DNA from: Methanobacteriota archaeon
GTDB taxonomy: Archaea > JAADCQ01 > Methanopyri > Methanopyrales > Methanopyraceae
Direction: 5' to 3'
Length of the DNA: 64,000 nt
Assembly: GCA_027064425.1 (NCBI GenBank)
Contig: JAMOPO010000027.1
Location: 128,001-192,000 of the forward strand
Within the stretch, counting starts at the first letter, position 1. Each line of letters opens with the position of its first letter. The notes below the pieces were generated by a model. It was not told the DNA's origin, did not search any database, and saw only the letters and a list, made by a program, of their open reading frames with translations. Made by a program: the position numbers and the translations under genes. Below are positions 45,350 through 56,403 of the stretch, piece by piece.

Positions 45350-46407
45350 TCGAGTTGAACGTGGAGCGGCGGGTGGTGCGGCTACTCAAGGAGTACATCT
45401 CCATCCCGAGCGTCAGCGGTGAGGAGCGGGAGTTCGCGGAGCGGTACGCCTCGGACCTGGAACGGGCCGGGCTGGAGGTGGAGGTGGACGAGCTGGGGAA
45501 CGTGATCGCTCGCCGCGGTGACCCCCGGGTGTGCCTGACCTCTCACCTGGACACGGTGCCGCCGGACGGGATGGAGGACCCGTTCGAGCCTCGGGTCAGG
45601 GACGGTAGGATCTACGGCCGGGGCGCGTGCGACGCGAAGGCCAACCTTGCCGTCTACGTGGTCGTGGCCGAGCTGTGGGACGGGCCGCTGGAGATCATCG
45701 GCGTGGTCCGCGAGGAGACGGACTCCGCGGGCGTCAAGCGGGTGCTGGAGGAGGGCAAGATGGTCTCCGACAACGTCATCAACGGCGAGCCGACGGGACT
45801 GCGCCCCGTCATCGGGCACAAGTCGCGGGCGGAGGTCCGGCTCCGAATCCGGGGGAAACCGCGGCACGCGAGCTCGGACCATCCGGACAACCCGATCGTG
45901 CGGTTCTGTCGCGTGCTGGAGCGGTTGAGGGAGCGCGCTCGGCAGTACGAGGACGAGCTCGGCCGCCCGACCGTGGTTCCCACCCGGGTCGTGTCCGAGT
46001 CTCGGGCGACGAACGTGACCCCGGGGGAGCTGGAGGCGGTGCTGGACGTCCGCCTGAACACGGAGCTGTCCCTGGACGAGCTGCGGGAGATGCTGGAGGA
46101 GGAGTGCGAGCGGGTGGAGGTGAGGGCGGGCGCCCCACCGTTCAAGCTCCGGGGGGACGAGGCCGTTGTCCGCGCGCTGGAGCGGGCTCTGGACAAGTTC
46201 GGCCTGCCCACGGAGCCGGTCGTCTGGCCGGCGAGCACCGACGCCGGGTACATCCGGCACCTCGGCGGGAAGGACGTCGTCGTGTTCGGGCCGGGATCCA
46301 TAAAATACGCTCACACGCCGAAAGAGCACGTACCGATCCCCGAGCTCGTCACGGCCGTGCACGTGCTGCGAGAGGTCGTGAACGAGCTGTCCCAAGGGTG
46401 TGCTTAA
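45346..46407 (+). CDS. M20-family metallohydrolase (ArgE/DapE-like)
   Basis: [30 protein letters not shown]. Confidence 0.88.
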   Translation: MIELNVERRVVRLLKEYISIPSVSGEEREFAERYASDLERAGLEVEVDELGNVIARRGDPRVCLTSHLDTVPPDGMEDPFEPRVRDGRIYGRGACDAKANLAVYVVVAELWDGPLEIIGVVREETDSAGVKRVLEEGKMVSDNVINGEPTGLRPVIGHKSRAEVRLRIRGKPRHASSDHPDNPIVRFCRVLERLRERARQYEDELGRPTVVPTRVVSESRATNVTPGELEAVLDVRLNTELSLDELREMLEEECERVEVRAGAPPFKLRGDEAVVRALERALDKFGLPTEPVVWPASTDAGYIRHLGGKDVVVFGPGSIKYAHTPKEHVPIPELVTAVHVLREVVNELSQGCA

Positions 46408-46408
46408 C

Positions 46409-48253
46409 GTGTGCGGGATCGTCGGATACGTGGGTGAGCGAGACGCCGCCCCGATCATCGTGGAGTCGTTGGTGAGGTTGGAGTACCGGGGGTACGACTC
46501 GGCCGGCGTCGCGACCATTCATGACGGTAAGCTCCACGTGGAGAAGGACGCCGGAAAGCTGACGGAGGGTGGGGAGCCCACGGAGCTCCAGCGCCGCCTG
46601 AAGTCCCTGCCCGGTAAGATCGGAGTGGGTCACACTCGGTGGGCCACGCACGGTGACCCGACGCGGGAGAACGCTCACCCGCACACGGACTGCGAGGGTC
46701 GGATCGCGGTCGTCCACAACGGCATCATCGAGAACTTCAGCGAGCTGCGCAAGGAGCTCGAGGAGCGCGGTCACAAGTTCGACTCGGAGACGGACACGGA
46801 GGTCGTCCCGCACCTGATCGAGGAGTTCATGGAGGAGGGCAAGTCGTTCTTCGACGCGTTCGTCGAGGCGGTCAGGCGGCTGGAGGGATCGTACGCGATC
46901 GCCGCGATCTGCGTGGACGAGCCGGGCGTGATCCTCGCGGCCCGGAAGGAGAGCCCCCTGGTCGTGGGGTTGGGCGACGACGGGAACTTCCTGGCCTCGG
47001 ACATCCCGGCGATCCTCCCGGAGACGAACGAGGTGATTCCCATCGACGACGGCGAGATCGTGGCGGTGAAGCGGGACGAGGTGAAGATCCTGGACGCGGA
47101 GACGCTGGAGGACGTGACGGACGAGAAGGAGGTGCAGGTCGTCGAGGAGGACCCGCACAAGCTGGAGCGGCACGGTTACCCGCACTTCATGCTGAAGGAG
47201 ATCCACGAGCAGCCGGAGGCCGTGCGCAACACGCTGACCATCGAGCGCGACCGGCTGGTGGAGATGGCCGAGAGGCTGGCGCGGGGCGACTACCGGAAGC
47301 TGTACATCGTCGCGTGCGGCACCTCGTACCACGCTGGGCTGGGCGCCAAGTACGCGATGGAGATGCTGGCCAAGTTCCCCGTGGACGTGGTCATCGCGTC
47401 CGAGTTCCGGTACGTGACGAAGGAGCTGGTGGACGAGGAGACGCTGGTGCTGGCGATCTCGCAGTCGGGTGAGACGGCGGACACGCTCGCGGCCGTGCGG
47501 GAGGCGAACGAGCGGGGCGCGACGACGATCGCGCTCACGAACGTCGTTGGGAGCACCATCACCCGCGAGGTCGACCACGTGATGTACACGCACGCGGGCT
47601 TCGAGAAGGCGGTGGCGGCGACGAAGACGTACACCGCTCAGCTGGCGGCGATGTACACGCTCGCCGTGGAGCTGGCCCGGCGGCTGGGTGAGATCACGGA
47701 CAAGGAGGCGAAGGAGTACCACGAGGAGCTGAGCCGGGTGCCGGAGATGCTGGAGGAGATCCTGAGCTGGGAGCGCGAGCGCGAGATCGCCGTGCTGGGC
47801 GGGCGGTACAAGGAGAAGCCGAACTGGTTCTTCATCGGTCGGGGTCCGGGCTACCCGACGGCGATGGAGGGCGCGCTGAAGCTGAAGGAGATCACGTACC
47901 AGCACGCGGAGGCGTACCCGGCGGGTGAGCTGAAGCACGGTCCGCTGGCGCTGATCGAGGAGGGCGTGCCGGTGGTCGCGGTGGCGCAGCCGGGCGGCGT
48001 GTACGAGAAGATGCTGGCCAACATCGAGGAGGTGAAGGCGCGCGGCGCGACGGTGATCACGGTCGCGGAGGAGGGTGACGAGAACGTGGAGGAGCACTCT
48101 GACCACGTGATCCGGGTGCCGAAGATCAGCGAGGTGTTCTCGCCGATCGTGTACACGGTCCCGCTGCAGCTGCTGGCGTACTACATGAGCGTGGCCCGAG
48201 GCATCGACCCGGACTACCCGCGGAACCTGGCGAAGAGCGTCACGGTGGAGTAG
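46409..48253 (+). CDS. glmS: Glutamine-fructose-6-phosphate aminotransferase
   Basis: [45 protein letters not shown]. Confidence 0.97.
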   Translation: MCGIVGYVGERDAAPIIVESLVRLEYRGYDSAGVATIHDGKLHVEKDAGKLTEGGEPTELQRRLKSLPGKIGVGHTRWATHGDPTRENAHPHTDCEGRIAVVHNGIIENFSELRKELEERGHKFDSETDTEVVPHLIEEFMEEGKSFFDAFVEAVRRLEGSYAIAAICVDEPGVILAARKESPLVVGLGDDGNFLASDIPAILPETNEVIPIDDGEIVAVKRDEVKILDAETLEDVTDEKEVQVVEEDPHKLERHGYPHFMLKEIHEQPEAVRNTLTIERDRLVEMAERLARGDYRKLYIVACGTSYHAGLGAKYAMEMLAKFPVDVVIASEFRYVTKELVDEETLVLAISQSGETADTLAAVREANERGATTIALTNVVGSTITREVDHVMYTHAGFEKAVAATKTYTAQLAAMYTLAVELARRLGEITDKEAKEYHEELSRVPEMLEEILSWEREREIAVLGGRYKEKPNWFFIGRGPGYPTAMEGALKLKEITYQHAEAYPAGELKHGPLALIEEGVPVVAVAQPGGVYEKMLANIEEVKARGATVITVAEEGDENVEEHSDHVIRVPKISEVFSPIVYTVPLQLLAYYMSVARGIDPDYPRNLAKSVTVE

Positions 48254-48259
48254 GCCGGC

Positions 48260-49729
48260 TCAGTCCCCCTCCTCCTCTTCCTCGATCCCTATCACCTCGA
48301 AGATGCGCTTCCGGACCGCCTCCTCCACGAGCTCCAGCACCTCATCCTTCTGCACGTCCTTGAAGATCCCCAGCGGGATCTCGGCCGCGGCCGCCTTCGA
48401 GTGACCTCCCGCGGAACCGACGTCCCCGAACGCCTCCTTCATCACCTCGCCGAGGTTCAGGCGGATGTCGTCCGTCCTGGCGGAGATCTTGATCTTCCCG
48501 TCCACCACCCCGAAGACGATCACCGTGTGAACGCCCTCCAGGTTCAGCAGGTAGTCCGCGGCCTGAGGCAGCGCGTCCTCGTTCTTGACGAAGCCCACGT
48601 TGGAGAACAGGTAGCTCCGGACCACGGTGCGGTTCCGGATGGCCTCCCCCAGCACGTCCAGCGTCTCCGGGGAGATGTCGGGGGACTCGATCTTCGCGAG
48701 CACCTCGTGATCGGCCCGCGGGTACAGGTAGGCGGCCGCCTTCAAATCCTCCGGGGACACGTTGCGGGTGAAGTTGAGGGTGTCCGTCCGGATGCCGTAG
48801 AGCAGCGCCGTGGCGATGCGCTTGTCCACGTCCCGCCCCAGCGTCTTCAGGTACTGGGTCAGGATGGTCGAGGTGGCGCCCACCTCGGGGCGGTGGTCCG
48901 TGAACTCGGCCAGCTCGAGCGCGTTGAGGGAGGAGCCCTCGCTGACGCTCATCATGCCGCCGTTGGACGAGTCGTGGTGGTCAATGACCGCGAGGATGCG
49001 GCCGTCCAGGTCGTCTCCGAGCTCCTCCTCCAGCACCTTGGGCACGACCGGCGTGTCGACGATGGCGAAGGCATCGTACTCGTCCAGGTCCACCTCGGAC
49101 GCGCGGATCATCTCGATGTCGAGCATGTTGACCAGGGCCTTGTTCTCCTGGTGACCGATCTCGCCCCCGTACACGATGTCAACGTGCACGTCCTTCATGG
49201 AGGCGAGCTCCTGCAGGGCGACCGCGCTCGCGATGGAGTCCGGGTCAGGGTTGTTGTGGGGGACGATCGCGACGGAGTCGACGCGCTCGAACCCGGCCAG
49301 GAGCTCCTGAGCCTTCTGTCGGTTGCGCACGTTGTCGATGTTGTAGAGGAGCTTCTCCACCAGAAGCTGGTTGGGGGATAGGACCTCGTCGGCGCCCAGC
49401 TCCTTGAACTCCTCCACCCGCTCCTCATCCGCCACGCGGACGACCACGTACGCGCCCTCGTTCAGCTCGCGAATCAGCTCGACGGCCCGCGCGTTCACGT
49501 CGTCGTCCGGGGTGAGGACGTAAACGGTTACGGCCTCCTCAACGCCCGCCTCCTTCAGGACCCGCTGCTCCGTCACGTCCCCTATGACGACGTCAAAACC
49601 CTGCTCCTTCAGCACCTCCGCCCGGTTCTCGTCGCAGTCAACGATCACGACATCCTCGCCGCGGTCCCGGAGAGCGTCCGCGACCACGTGACCCACGGAT
49701 CCAGCACCCAGTATCACGTGCAGGGGAAT
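48260..49729 (-). CDS. TrkA-N (NAD-binding) + DHH/DHHA1 phosphoesterase
   Basis: ILGAGSVG, HNNPDPD, IDHH, GIRTDT, SAGGH. Start ATT 49729 or GTG 49717. Confidence 0.88.
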   Translation of the reverse strand: MPLHVILGAGSVGHVVADALRDRGEDVVIVDCDENRAEVLKEQGFDVVIGDVTEQRVLKEAGVEEAVTVYVLTPDDDVNARAVELIRELNEGAYVVVRVADEERVEEFKELGADEVLSPNQLLVEKLLYNIDNVRNRQKAQELLAGFERVDSVAIVPHNNPDPDSIASAVALQELASMKDVHVDIVYGGEIGHQENKALVNMLDIEMIRASEVDLDEYDAFAIVDTPVVPKVLEEELGDDLDGRILAVIDHHDSSNGGMMSVSEGSSLNALELAEFTDHRPEVGATSTILTQYLKTLGRDVDKRIATALLYGIRTDTLNFTRNVSPEDLKAAAYLYPRADHEVLAKIESPDISPETLDVLGEAIRNRTVVRSYLFSNVGFVKNEDALPQAADYLLNLEGVHTVIVFGVVDGKIKISARTDDIRLNLGEVMKEAFGDVGSAGGHSKAAAAEIPLGIFKDVQKDEVLELVEEAVRKRIFEVIGIEEEEEGD

Positions 49730-49862
49730 CTTCGATGCCCCCGGTTAAGATGAGATAAGCCTCTAACTCGTGCACCGCTGGCGGACGCGCCTTATACCCC
49801 TGGCATATAAGCATGTCTAGGCGCGAGCCGAACTCGGTTTCAGAAGTAGCCGAAATGGGGAG

Positions 49863-49874
49863 GGAAAAAGAAGA
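49863..49874 (-). terminator. Oligo-T terminator after rps26e
   Basis: TCTTCTTTTTCC immediately after the stop codon on the minus strand. Confidence 0.55.
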
Positions 49875-50141
49875 CTAACCGCGGCGCTTAGGCTTGCGGA
49901 TGCCCAGGAACCGGGCGCACTTGGGGCAGTAGTAGACCTTCCTGGAGAACGTGTGCACGTACCGGTCGTCGACAGCCTGCTTGACGACGGGGTCCGTGAT
50001 CCGGAAACCCTGCGTGGCCGGGATGGCCTTGTGCCGCGGAACCTTGCCGCCGCAGCACTCACACGTCACGAACGAGGGTTTTCCTCGGGACTTCGACTGC
50101 TTCCAACCATCCCGGCCCTTTCTCCTTGGATTCCGCGCCAT
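49875..50141 (-). CDS. rps26e: 30S ribosomal protein S26e
   Basis: VTCECCGGKVPRHKAI...YYCPKCARFLGI. Confidence 0.88.
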   Translation of the reverse strand: MARNPRRKGRDGWKQSKSRGKPSFVTCECCGGKVPRHKAIPATQGFRITDPVVKQAVDDRYVHTFSRKVYYCPKCARFLGIRKPKRRG

Positions 50142-50158
50142 CGGTCGCTCCCTCCCGG

Positions 50159-50692
50159 CTACTCGCCCCTGTCGAAGTATATATTCTTCCCGGTTGCGGA
50201 TAGTGGAATACCGATCACGACGTCCGCGTCCACCAGTCCCAGGGCTCGGACGGCGACGCCGACGGTGTACATCAGCCGGTTGTCGACGACCAGGTCGTTA
50301 GCGATCTTGGCGGCCGAGCCCAGCGCGATTCCCAGGTCGATCAGCTTGAAGCCGCAGATCGGGCCGGCGAACTCCCGGTCCACCTCCCGCTCCTCGAGCT
50401 CGTCGCAGGTCGAGCCGCACATTCCGCAGTTGAGGCCGCAGGGACCGCTGGACTTGACGCCGATCACCACGAGGCACTCGGACTTCCGCAGGCACTCCGC
50501 GTCTCGGCGGAAGAAGTCGGCGCCCTTCTCCTCGGCGATCTCCTCCATCTTGTCCGCGATCTCGTTCAGCCGCTCCTCGTCCTCGATGATCTTCACCACG
50601 ATGTCGTCGATTCCGCGCGTCTTGGGCGCCGTCCGGGCGGCGACGGCCATCAACCGGGCGGCCTGACGGACGCCCTCCGCCTCGGGCTTCAC
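50159..50692 (-). CDS. DUF2148-like ferredoxin-domain protein
   Basis: AARTAPK, RDA, LNCGMCG..C, DLGIALGSA, DNRLMY, KNIYFDR. Confidence 0.82.
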   Translation of the reverse strand: MKPEAEGVRQAARLMAVAARTAPKTRGIDDIVVKIIEDEERLNEIADKMEEIAEEKGADFFRRDAECLRKSECLVVIGVKSSGPCGLNCGMCGSTCDELEEREVDREFAGPICGFKLIDLGIALGSAAKIANDLVVDNRLMYTVGVAVRALGLVDADVVIGIPLSATGKNIYFDRGE

Positions 50693-51249
50693 CGGGGTCC
50701 ACCCCCGACCGTGGGTGGGCGCTCCGCGAGGAGCATGTCGACCAGGCTGTCGCACAGGGCCGCGGCCATTCGAGCGTCCTTGTCCGCGGCGGCCGGGGGA
50801 GCCATCCCCTCGGGGTCGTCCGTGATCGCGCAGATCATGCCGTCCTTGGTGCGGCACATCATCCCGGGGCGGGCCGGGATCCACTCCTTGTCGCGCGGGT
50901 CGTAGACCTTCTTCACGGGCTTCCCCTCGAACGCCTCGGCGGAGGTGATCGGGAGCCGGGGTAAGGCCTTGTTGACGGCCTCGGTCCCCCGGCCCGGGAA
51001 GAAGGCGTCCATCAGCGCCTTGCCGAGCGCGGTGAACGTTCCGGTGGCGAGATACTTTTTACTCTGGAGATCCGGAGCCGTGCGCGCGTTGTAGATCCGG
51101 ACCTTGACGCGGTACATCCCGGTCACGGGCTTGACGAGGCGCTCCACGATCTCCTCCACCCTCTCGCTCCCGGGCACCTCAACCTCGGTCTTCAGCCCGG
51201 AGCCGGGGCGGACGGTGACGCGCACGTGCGTGATGACACCCTTTGTCAC
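50689..51249 (-). CDS. Hypothetical protein
   Basis: Only the 3' part of track ORF 50689..52071; RBS GGGGGAGG before GTG 51249; GTGA overlap with the next gene. Confidence 0.6.
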   Translation of the reverse strand: MTKGVITHVRVTVRPGSGLKTEVEVPGSERVEEIVERLVKPVTGMYRVKVRIYNARTAPDLQSKKYLATGTFTALGKALMDAFFPGRGTEAVNKALPRLPITSAEAFEGKPVKKVYDPRDKEWIPARPGMMCRTKDGMICAITDDPEGMAPPAAADKDARMAAALCDSLVDMLLAERPPTVGGGPR

Positions 51250-51303
51250 CGCCTCCCCCAGGGCTCGCCCGGTCACGCGCACCCTCCCCTTGGGGGGCTT
51301 CCG

Positions 51304-52578
51304 TTGGACGAGGTGCGGGAGATCGTGGAGGCGGTGGAGCGACACCACCGGTGGCTCAGCGAGTGCCTTCCCATGATCGCGAGCGAGAACGTCACAAGCC
51401 CCGCGGTCCGTGAGATGCTGGTCACGGACTTCGGTCACCGGTACGCGGAGGGGCAGCCCGGGGAGCGGCTGTACGAGGGGTGCGAGTACATCGACGAGGT
51501 CGAGCTCAAGTGCGTGGAGCTGGCCAAAGATCTCTTCGGGGCGGAGCACGCGAACGTTCAGCCGGTGTCCGGCGTGGTGGCCAACCTGGCCGCGCTGACG
51601 GCCCTGACCGAGCCGGGAGACGTGGTGATGGGACTCCGGATCTCGCACGGCGGACACATCAGCCACCACGAGATCAGCGCGCCGGGCGTTCGCGGGCTCA
51701 AGGTCGAGTTCCTGCCCTTCGACGAGGAGGACATGAACGTGGACGTGGACGCGGCGGTGAGGCGGATCGAGGAGGTCGAGCCTCGGGTGGTCATGCTCGG
51801 GGCGAGCCTGTTCCTCTTCCCCCACCCCGTGGAGGAGCTCGTAGACGCGGTGGAGGCGGTCGGCGGGTACCTGGTGTACGACGGTGCGCACGTGCTGGGG
51901 CTGATCGCGGGCGGGGAGTTCCAGGACCCGATCGAGGAGGGCGCGCACGTGGTGACGGGCAGCACGCACAAGACCCTGCCGGGCCCGCAGGGCGGGATCA
52001 TCCTCTGCGAGCGCGAGCTGAGTGACGCGATCGACGAGGCCGTGTTCCCCGGACTGGTTAGCAACCACCATCTACACCACGTGGCGGCCCTCGCGGTCGC
52101 GCTGGCCGAGTTCAAGAAGTACGGTCGGAAGTACGCGCGGGCGACGGTGAGGAACGCCCAGGTGCTCGCCGAATCCCTGCACTCCGAGGGCCTGAACGTC
52201 CTGTGCGAGCACCTGGGCTTCACGCGATCTCATCAGGTCGCGGTGGACGTGAGCGAGCACGGGGGCGGGGCCGAGGTCGCCCGGCGGCTGGAGGCGGCGA
52301 ACATCCTGTGCAACAAGAACCTGCTGCCGTGGGACGACGAGTCCGAGGCGGATGATCCCAGCGGGATCCGGCTCGGGGTGCAGGAGCTGACGAGGCTGGG
52401 CATGGGTCCCTCGGAGATGGAGTACGTGGCGGAGCTGATCGCGGACGTGGTGCTGAGGCGGCGGAGCGTGGACGAGGTGCGGGAGGACGTGGTCGAGCTC
52501 CGTCGGGAGTTCCAGGAGGTTAAGTACGGTTTTGGGGACGGTGTGGGTGCGCACGAATGGCCTCGGTTCGCGGACTAG
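51304..52578 (+). CDS. glyA: Serine hydroxymethyltransferase
   Basis: IASEN, YAEG, HGGHISH, GSTHKTLPGPQGG. Confidence 0.96.
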   Translation: MDEVREIVEAVERHHRWLSECLPMIASENVTSPAVREMLVTDFGHRYAEGQPGERLYEGCEYIDEVELKCVELAKDLFGAEHANVQPVSGVVANLAALTALTEPGDVVMGLRISHGGHISHHEISAPGVRGLKVEFLPFDEEDMNVDVDAAVRRIEEVEPRVVMLGASLFLFPHPVEELVDAVEAVGGYLVYDGAHVLGLIAGGEFQDPIEEGAHVVTGSTHKTLPGPQGGIILCERELSDAIDEAVFPGLVSNHHLHHVAALAVALAEFKKYGRKYARATVRNAQVLAESLHSEGLNVLCEHLGFTRSHQVAVDVSEHGGGAEVARRLEAANILCNKNLLPWDDESEADDPSGIRLGVQELTRLGMGPSEMEYVAELIADVVLRRRSVDEVREDVVELRREFQEVKYGFGDGVGAHEWPRFAD

Positions 52579-53207
52579 TCGTGATGGACTTCGACGGGAC
52601 GCTGGTCGACGGTGAGACGATCGACGTGATGGCCGAGCTGGCGGGCGTGGGCCGGGAGGTCGAGGAGATCACGCGCCGCGCCATGGAGGGGGAGCTCGAG
52701 TTCGGGGAGGCGCTGCGCGAGCGGGTGCGGCTGCTCGCGGGCGCCCCCGCCTCGATCCTGGACGAGGCCGCCTCGCGCCTGAGGCTTAACCCGGGCGTCC
52801 GGGAGTTCGTGGCCGCGGTCCGCCGGGCGGGCGCGGCGGTGGCGGTCATCAGCGGCGGGTTCACGGAGGTGGTGCGCCGATTCGCCCGTGAGCTGGGGCT
52901 GGACGCGGTCGTCGCGAACGAGCTGGAGGTCCGCAACGGGGTCCTCACCGGCCGAGTCTACGGGCCGGTGATGAGCGGGAAGGCGAAGGGTCGGATACTG
53001 CTCCAGCTGTGCAGAAGGTTCGGGGTGAGCCCCGAGGAAACGGTGGCGGTGGGTGACGGTGCCAACGACGCATCAATGTTAAATCGCGTCGGACTCCCGC
53101 TGGGCTTCCGGCCCAAGGGGGTCATCCGGGACCTCGTGCGCAGCTCCCTGTCCGACTTCCGCGAGGCTATCCCGCTGGTAATGCGGTTCTGGGGCGTCCG
53201 TGCCTGA
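52557..53207 (+). CDS. serB: Phosphoserine phosphatase (HAD)
   Basis: DFDGTLVDGETID, ITRRAMEGE, SGGF, GDGAND. Confidence 0.92.
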   Translation: MASVRGLVVMDFDGTLVDGETIDVMAELAGVGREVEEITRRAMEGELEFGEALRERVRLLAGAPASILDEAASRLRLNPGVREFVAAVRRAGAAVAVISGGFTEVVRRFARELGLDAVVANELEVRNGVLTGRVYGPVMSGKAKGRILLQLCRRFGVSPEETVAVGDGANDASMLNRVGLPLGFRPKGVIRDLVRSSLSDFREAIPLVMRFWGVRA

Positions 53208-54157
53208 TGGTTTTCTCCGAAAAAAAGCTGCAGGAGCTCAAGCGTCTCGAGAAGGAACTGTCCGAGGTGCGGCGCGAGATCGACGAGTTGGAGGAGGAGC
53301 GGGACCGGGTGGAGCGCGAGATCGAGGAGCTTGAGCGGAAGATCGACAGGCTGAGGGAGAAGGCCGAGCGCTACCGCGAGAAGCGGGACCGACTGAACGA
53401 GCGGGTGCGCGAGCTGCGCGAGCTGGCGGAGGAGCATCGCGAGCGCCGGGACGAGCTCAACGAGGAGGTTCAAACGTACAAGAAAAAGCGCGATAGGCTG
53501 AACGAGGAGGCCACCCAGATCGCTCGGAAGGCGAAGGAGCACGTGGAGAAGGCGAAGGCTCTCCGGGCCAAGGTTGAGCGTCCCATCGGGGAGATCCGCC
53601 GCGAGATCGAGCGGCTGGAGCGCGAGATCGAGACCCGCTCCCTCTCCCCCGAGCGCGAGGAGCGGATCGCGGAGCGGCTTGAGAAGCTCCGAGAGCAGCT
53701 CGAGTACTGGAAGCGCGCCGAGAAGCATTCCCGGGAGGCGGACCGCCTCTTCTCCCGCGCGGACGAGCTGCGGGAGCAGGCGAACAAGTACCACGAGCTG
53801 GTGCTGAAGACCGCGGAGAAGGCGAACAAGCACCACGAGAAGATGCTGGAGTACTACGAGCAGGCGGACAAGATCAGGGAGAAGGCGGATGGGTATCACC
53901 GGAAGTACGAGGAGCTACGGTTCAAGATCCGCAGTCTGCAGGACAGGGTCCGCAAGCTTCGGTCCAAGGCCGAGGAGCTCGAGCAGAAGATCATGGAGAA
54001 GCGGGCGGAGGAGAAGGCGCTGGAGGTTCGTATTAGGGACCTGGAGAAGGCGGCCGTCGATCGGGAGAAGATCGAGGAGATCAAGGAGAAGCTGGAGCGC
54101 GGGGAGAAGGTCAGCTGGGAGGAGCTTCAGCTGCTGCAGCAGTACGGCGAGATGTAG
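53207..54157 (+). CDS. Archaeal long coiled-coil protein (COG1340-like)
   Basis: Continuous E/K/R heptads, KRDRLNE repeats, C-terminal GEKVSWEELQLLQ. Confidence 0.82.
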   Translation: MVFSEKKLQELKRLEKELSEVRREIDELEEERDRVEREIEELERKIDRLREKAERYREKRDRLNERVRELRELAEEHRERRDELNEEVQTYKKKRDRLNEEATQIARKAKEHVEKAKALRAKVERPIGEIRREIERLEREIETRSLSPEREERIAERLEKLREQLEYWKRAEKHSREADRLFSRADELREQANKYHELVLKTAEKANKHHEKMLEYYEQADKIREKADGYHRKYEELRFKIRSLQDRVRKLRSKAEELEQKIMEKRAEEKALEVRIRDLEKAAVDREKIEEIKEKLERGEKVSWEELQLLQQYGEM

Positions 54158-54169
54158 AGGTGTCCGGGC

Positions 54170-54661
54170 ATGCGGGTCCCGCTCCTCGAGGTCATCTTAC
54201 ACACGGACGGCTCCGTCACCCGCATCCTGCGTCGCTTCTTCGAGCGCGTGGAGATCCGACCCCTCGAGACCAAGAAGGTGCACGTGCGCGGTCGGGAGGC
54301 CGAGCTACTGGGCCTGCCGGACGGGGACGTGGCCTACCTGAGGCGCGTCGTGATCGAACTCGACGGTCGACCGGGCATCCTGGCCACGTCCTACGCCCGC
54401 CCGGACAACCTTCCCGGGCGCATGAGGCGGCTGGTCCTCCAGTCTCGTAAGCCTCTCGGCGCGATGATCGAGGAGCTGGAGCTCGAGACCCGGCGGGAGA
54501 TCGTGAGAGTGGGCACGACCAGGCTGTCGGGTGAGGAGCGCCGACTGCTCGAGACCGAGGCCCGGGAGGTTCCCTGGCGGGAGTACGTGGTTTACCACAA
54601 CAGGACGCCGATGCTGCTGATTCGAGAGAAGTTCAGCGCGGAGGTGTTTCGGAGGGATTAG
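54170..54661 (+). CDS. Chorismate pyruvate-lyase-like (DUF98/UbiC fold) protein
   Basis: LHTDGSVTRIL, PLG..I...LETRREI, LIREKF. Confidence 0.8.
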   Translation: MRVPLLEVILHTDGSVTRILRRFFERVEIRPLETKKVHVRGREAELLGLPDGDVAYLRRVVIELDGRPGILATSYARPDNLPGRMRRLVLQSRKPLGAMIEELELETRREIVRVGTTRLSGEERRLLETEAREVPWREYVVYHNRTPMLLIREKFSAEVFRRD

Positions 54662-54662
54662 G

Positions 54663-55514
54663 GTGGTTCAGAGGACGCTGGACGAGGTGCTGGAGGGGCG
54701 CCACGAGCTCAGCGCCGAGAGGATCCTGGTCGCCTCCGACGTGCACGTGGGTGACCGGTACCAGGGTCACGAGCCCGAGCTTCTGGAGCTGGCCCTGGAG
54801 CTCGCCCGGGATCAGGACCTCGTGGTCCTCGACGGGGACCTGGCGGACCCCAGGGCCGGGGATGAGGAGGTGAAGGGGTTCGTCGAGGAGCTCCGAGACC
54901 TGGCCTCGGAGGTCGAGGTGGTGGTCGTCCCCGGGAACCACGACACGGTCCGGCTGGTGAGACGGCTCGAGCGGGCTGGGGTCACCGTGCTGGCCCGGAA
55001 GTACGAGGAGCGTCGGGGCCGCGGTTGTCCGCCGGGGCACGAGGGCCCCTCGCTCGGTGGCCCGAAGCGGCTGGAGGTGGAGGGTCTGAAGTTCCTGATC
55101 GCGCACGGGCACGAGCCGTGCGGGGAGCTGGGGCTGGAGCCGCAGGAGCCGGGGAATCCGGTCGCCGAGGAGTCCCCGATGCCGAAGCGCGACCAGCTGC
55201 TGGACAACTACACGTGCCGGGAGCACGAGATGCCGGCCCGGCTGGAGGAGATCGCCCGGGCGAGCGACGCGGACGTCGTGATCACGGGCCACACGCACTG
55301 CAGGTTCCTGGGCAGCTTCGGCTCGACGCTGGTCGTCAACGTTGGAACCACGGCGTGCCCGGCCACGTGCGCCACGTGTCGGGACCCTCTTAACGTCGGT
55401 AACGTGTGCCTGATCCGGCTGTCCGGGTCGAGGGTCCGAGCCAAGCTGTTCAACCTCCGGGAGGCGCGGGTGGTGGAACGTGAGCGTGTCCGTGTCGATC
55501 GACGCGGAGACTAA
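54663..55514 (+). CDS. Calcineurin-like metallophosphoesterase
   Basis: SDVH, GDLAD, GNHD, HGH, GHTH, NVG. Confidence 0.88.
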   Translation: MVQRTLDEVLEGRHELSAERILVASDVHVGDRYQGHEPELLELALELARDQDLVVLDGDLADPRAGDEEVKGFVEELRDLASEVEVVVVPGNHDTVRLVRRLERAGVTVLARKYEERRGRGCPPGHEGPSLGGPKRLEVEGLKFLIAHGHEPCGELGLEPQEPGNPVAEESPMPKRDQLLDNYTCREHEMPARLEEIARASDADVVITGHTHCRFLGSFGSTLVVNVGTTACPATCATCRDPLNVGNVCLIRLSGSRVRAKLFNLREARVVERERVRVDRRGD

Positions 55515-56349
55515 GCTCGTGGGCCTCATCGGTCACCCGGTGGAGCACTCCCTGTCGCCGCCCATGCACAACGCGGCGTTCCGGGAGCTGGGGCTGAACT
55601 ACGTCTACGTGGCGTTCGACGTGCCGGAGGAGGAGCTGGAGGACGCCATCCGGGGCGCGTTGGGGCTCGGGATCGTCGGGCTGAACGTGACCATCCCTCA
55701 CAAGGAGCGGGCGCTGGAGCTCTGCGACACCGTCGATAAGGACGCAGAGCTGATCGGTGCGGTGAACACGCTGCGGTTCAGGAAGGGCGAGGTCGAGGGG
55801 TACAACACGGACGGTGAGGGGTTCCTGCGGGCGCTGAGGGAGGAGGTCGACTTCGATCCCAAGGGCGTGAAGGCGGTGATCCTGGGCGCCGGTGGGGCGG
55901 CGCGGGCGGTCACGTTCAAGCTGGCCACGGAGGGTGCGGACGAGCTGGTGATCGCGAACCGGACGTACGAGCGCGGGGAGCGGCTGGCGAGGGAGCTGGA
56001 GGAGAAGACGGGCGTGAGAGCCCGGGCGGTGGAGCTCGACCGGGAGGTGCTGCGGGAGGAGCTCCGGGACGCGGAGCTGCTCGTGGACGCTACCCCGGTG
56101 GGCATGCACCCCAACGAGGACGAGCCGCCGCTGGTCACGGCCCGGGAGATGCACGAGGACCTCATCGTGAACGACCTGGTGTACAACCCACCGAAGACCC
56201 GGCTGCTCGAGGAGGCGGAGCGGGCGGGGGCGACCCCGGTCGACGGCGTGGGGATGCTCGTGCACCAGGGTGCGCTGGCCTTCGAGCTCTGGACGGGTGA
56301 GAAGGCGCCGGTGGACGTCATGCGTGAGGCTGTGCTGGAACACCTCTGA
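55480..56349 (+). CDS. aroE: Shikimate dehydrogenase
   Basis: HSLSPPMHN, NVTIPHK, GAVNT, NTDG, GAGGAA. Confidence 0.96.
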   Translation: MSVSVSIDAETKLVGLIGHPVEHSLSPPMHNAAFRELGLNYVYVAFDVPEEELEDAIRGALGLGIVGLNVTIPHKERALELCDTVDKDAELIGAVNTLRFRKGEVEGYNTDGEGFLRALREEVDFDPKGVKAVILGAGGAARAVTFKLATEGADELVIANRTYERGERLARELEEKTGVRARAVELDREVLREELRDAELLVDATPVGMHPNEDEPPLVTAREMHEDLIVNDLVYNPPKTRLLEEAERAGATPVDGVGMLVHQGALAFELWTGEKAPVDVMREAVLEHL

Positions 56350-56403
56350 GGAATCGTTGCGGATTTAAGGTGAGCAGGCCGGCGTCCGCCGGGGGTGCCG
56401 GGG

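Noticed and set aside
51225-51295. GTGATGA box with a flanking stem upstream of glyA
   Set aside because: No convincing D or D' boxes, and it overlaps the start of the minus-strand gene
51250-52071. 5' half of the 460-aa minus-strand ORF 50689..52071
   Set aside because: Antisense to glyA; only the part below 51249 looks like a real protein
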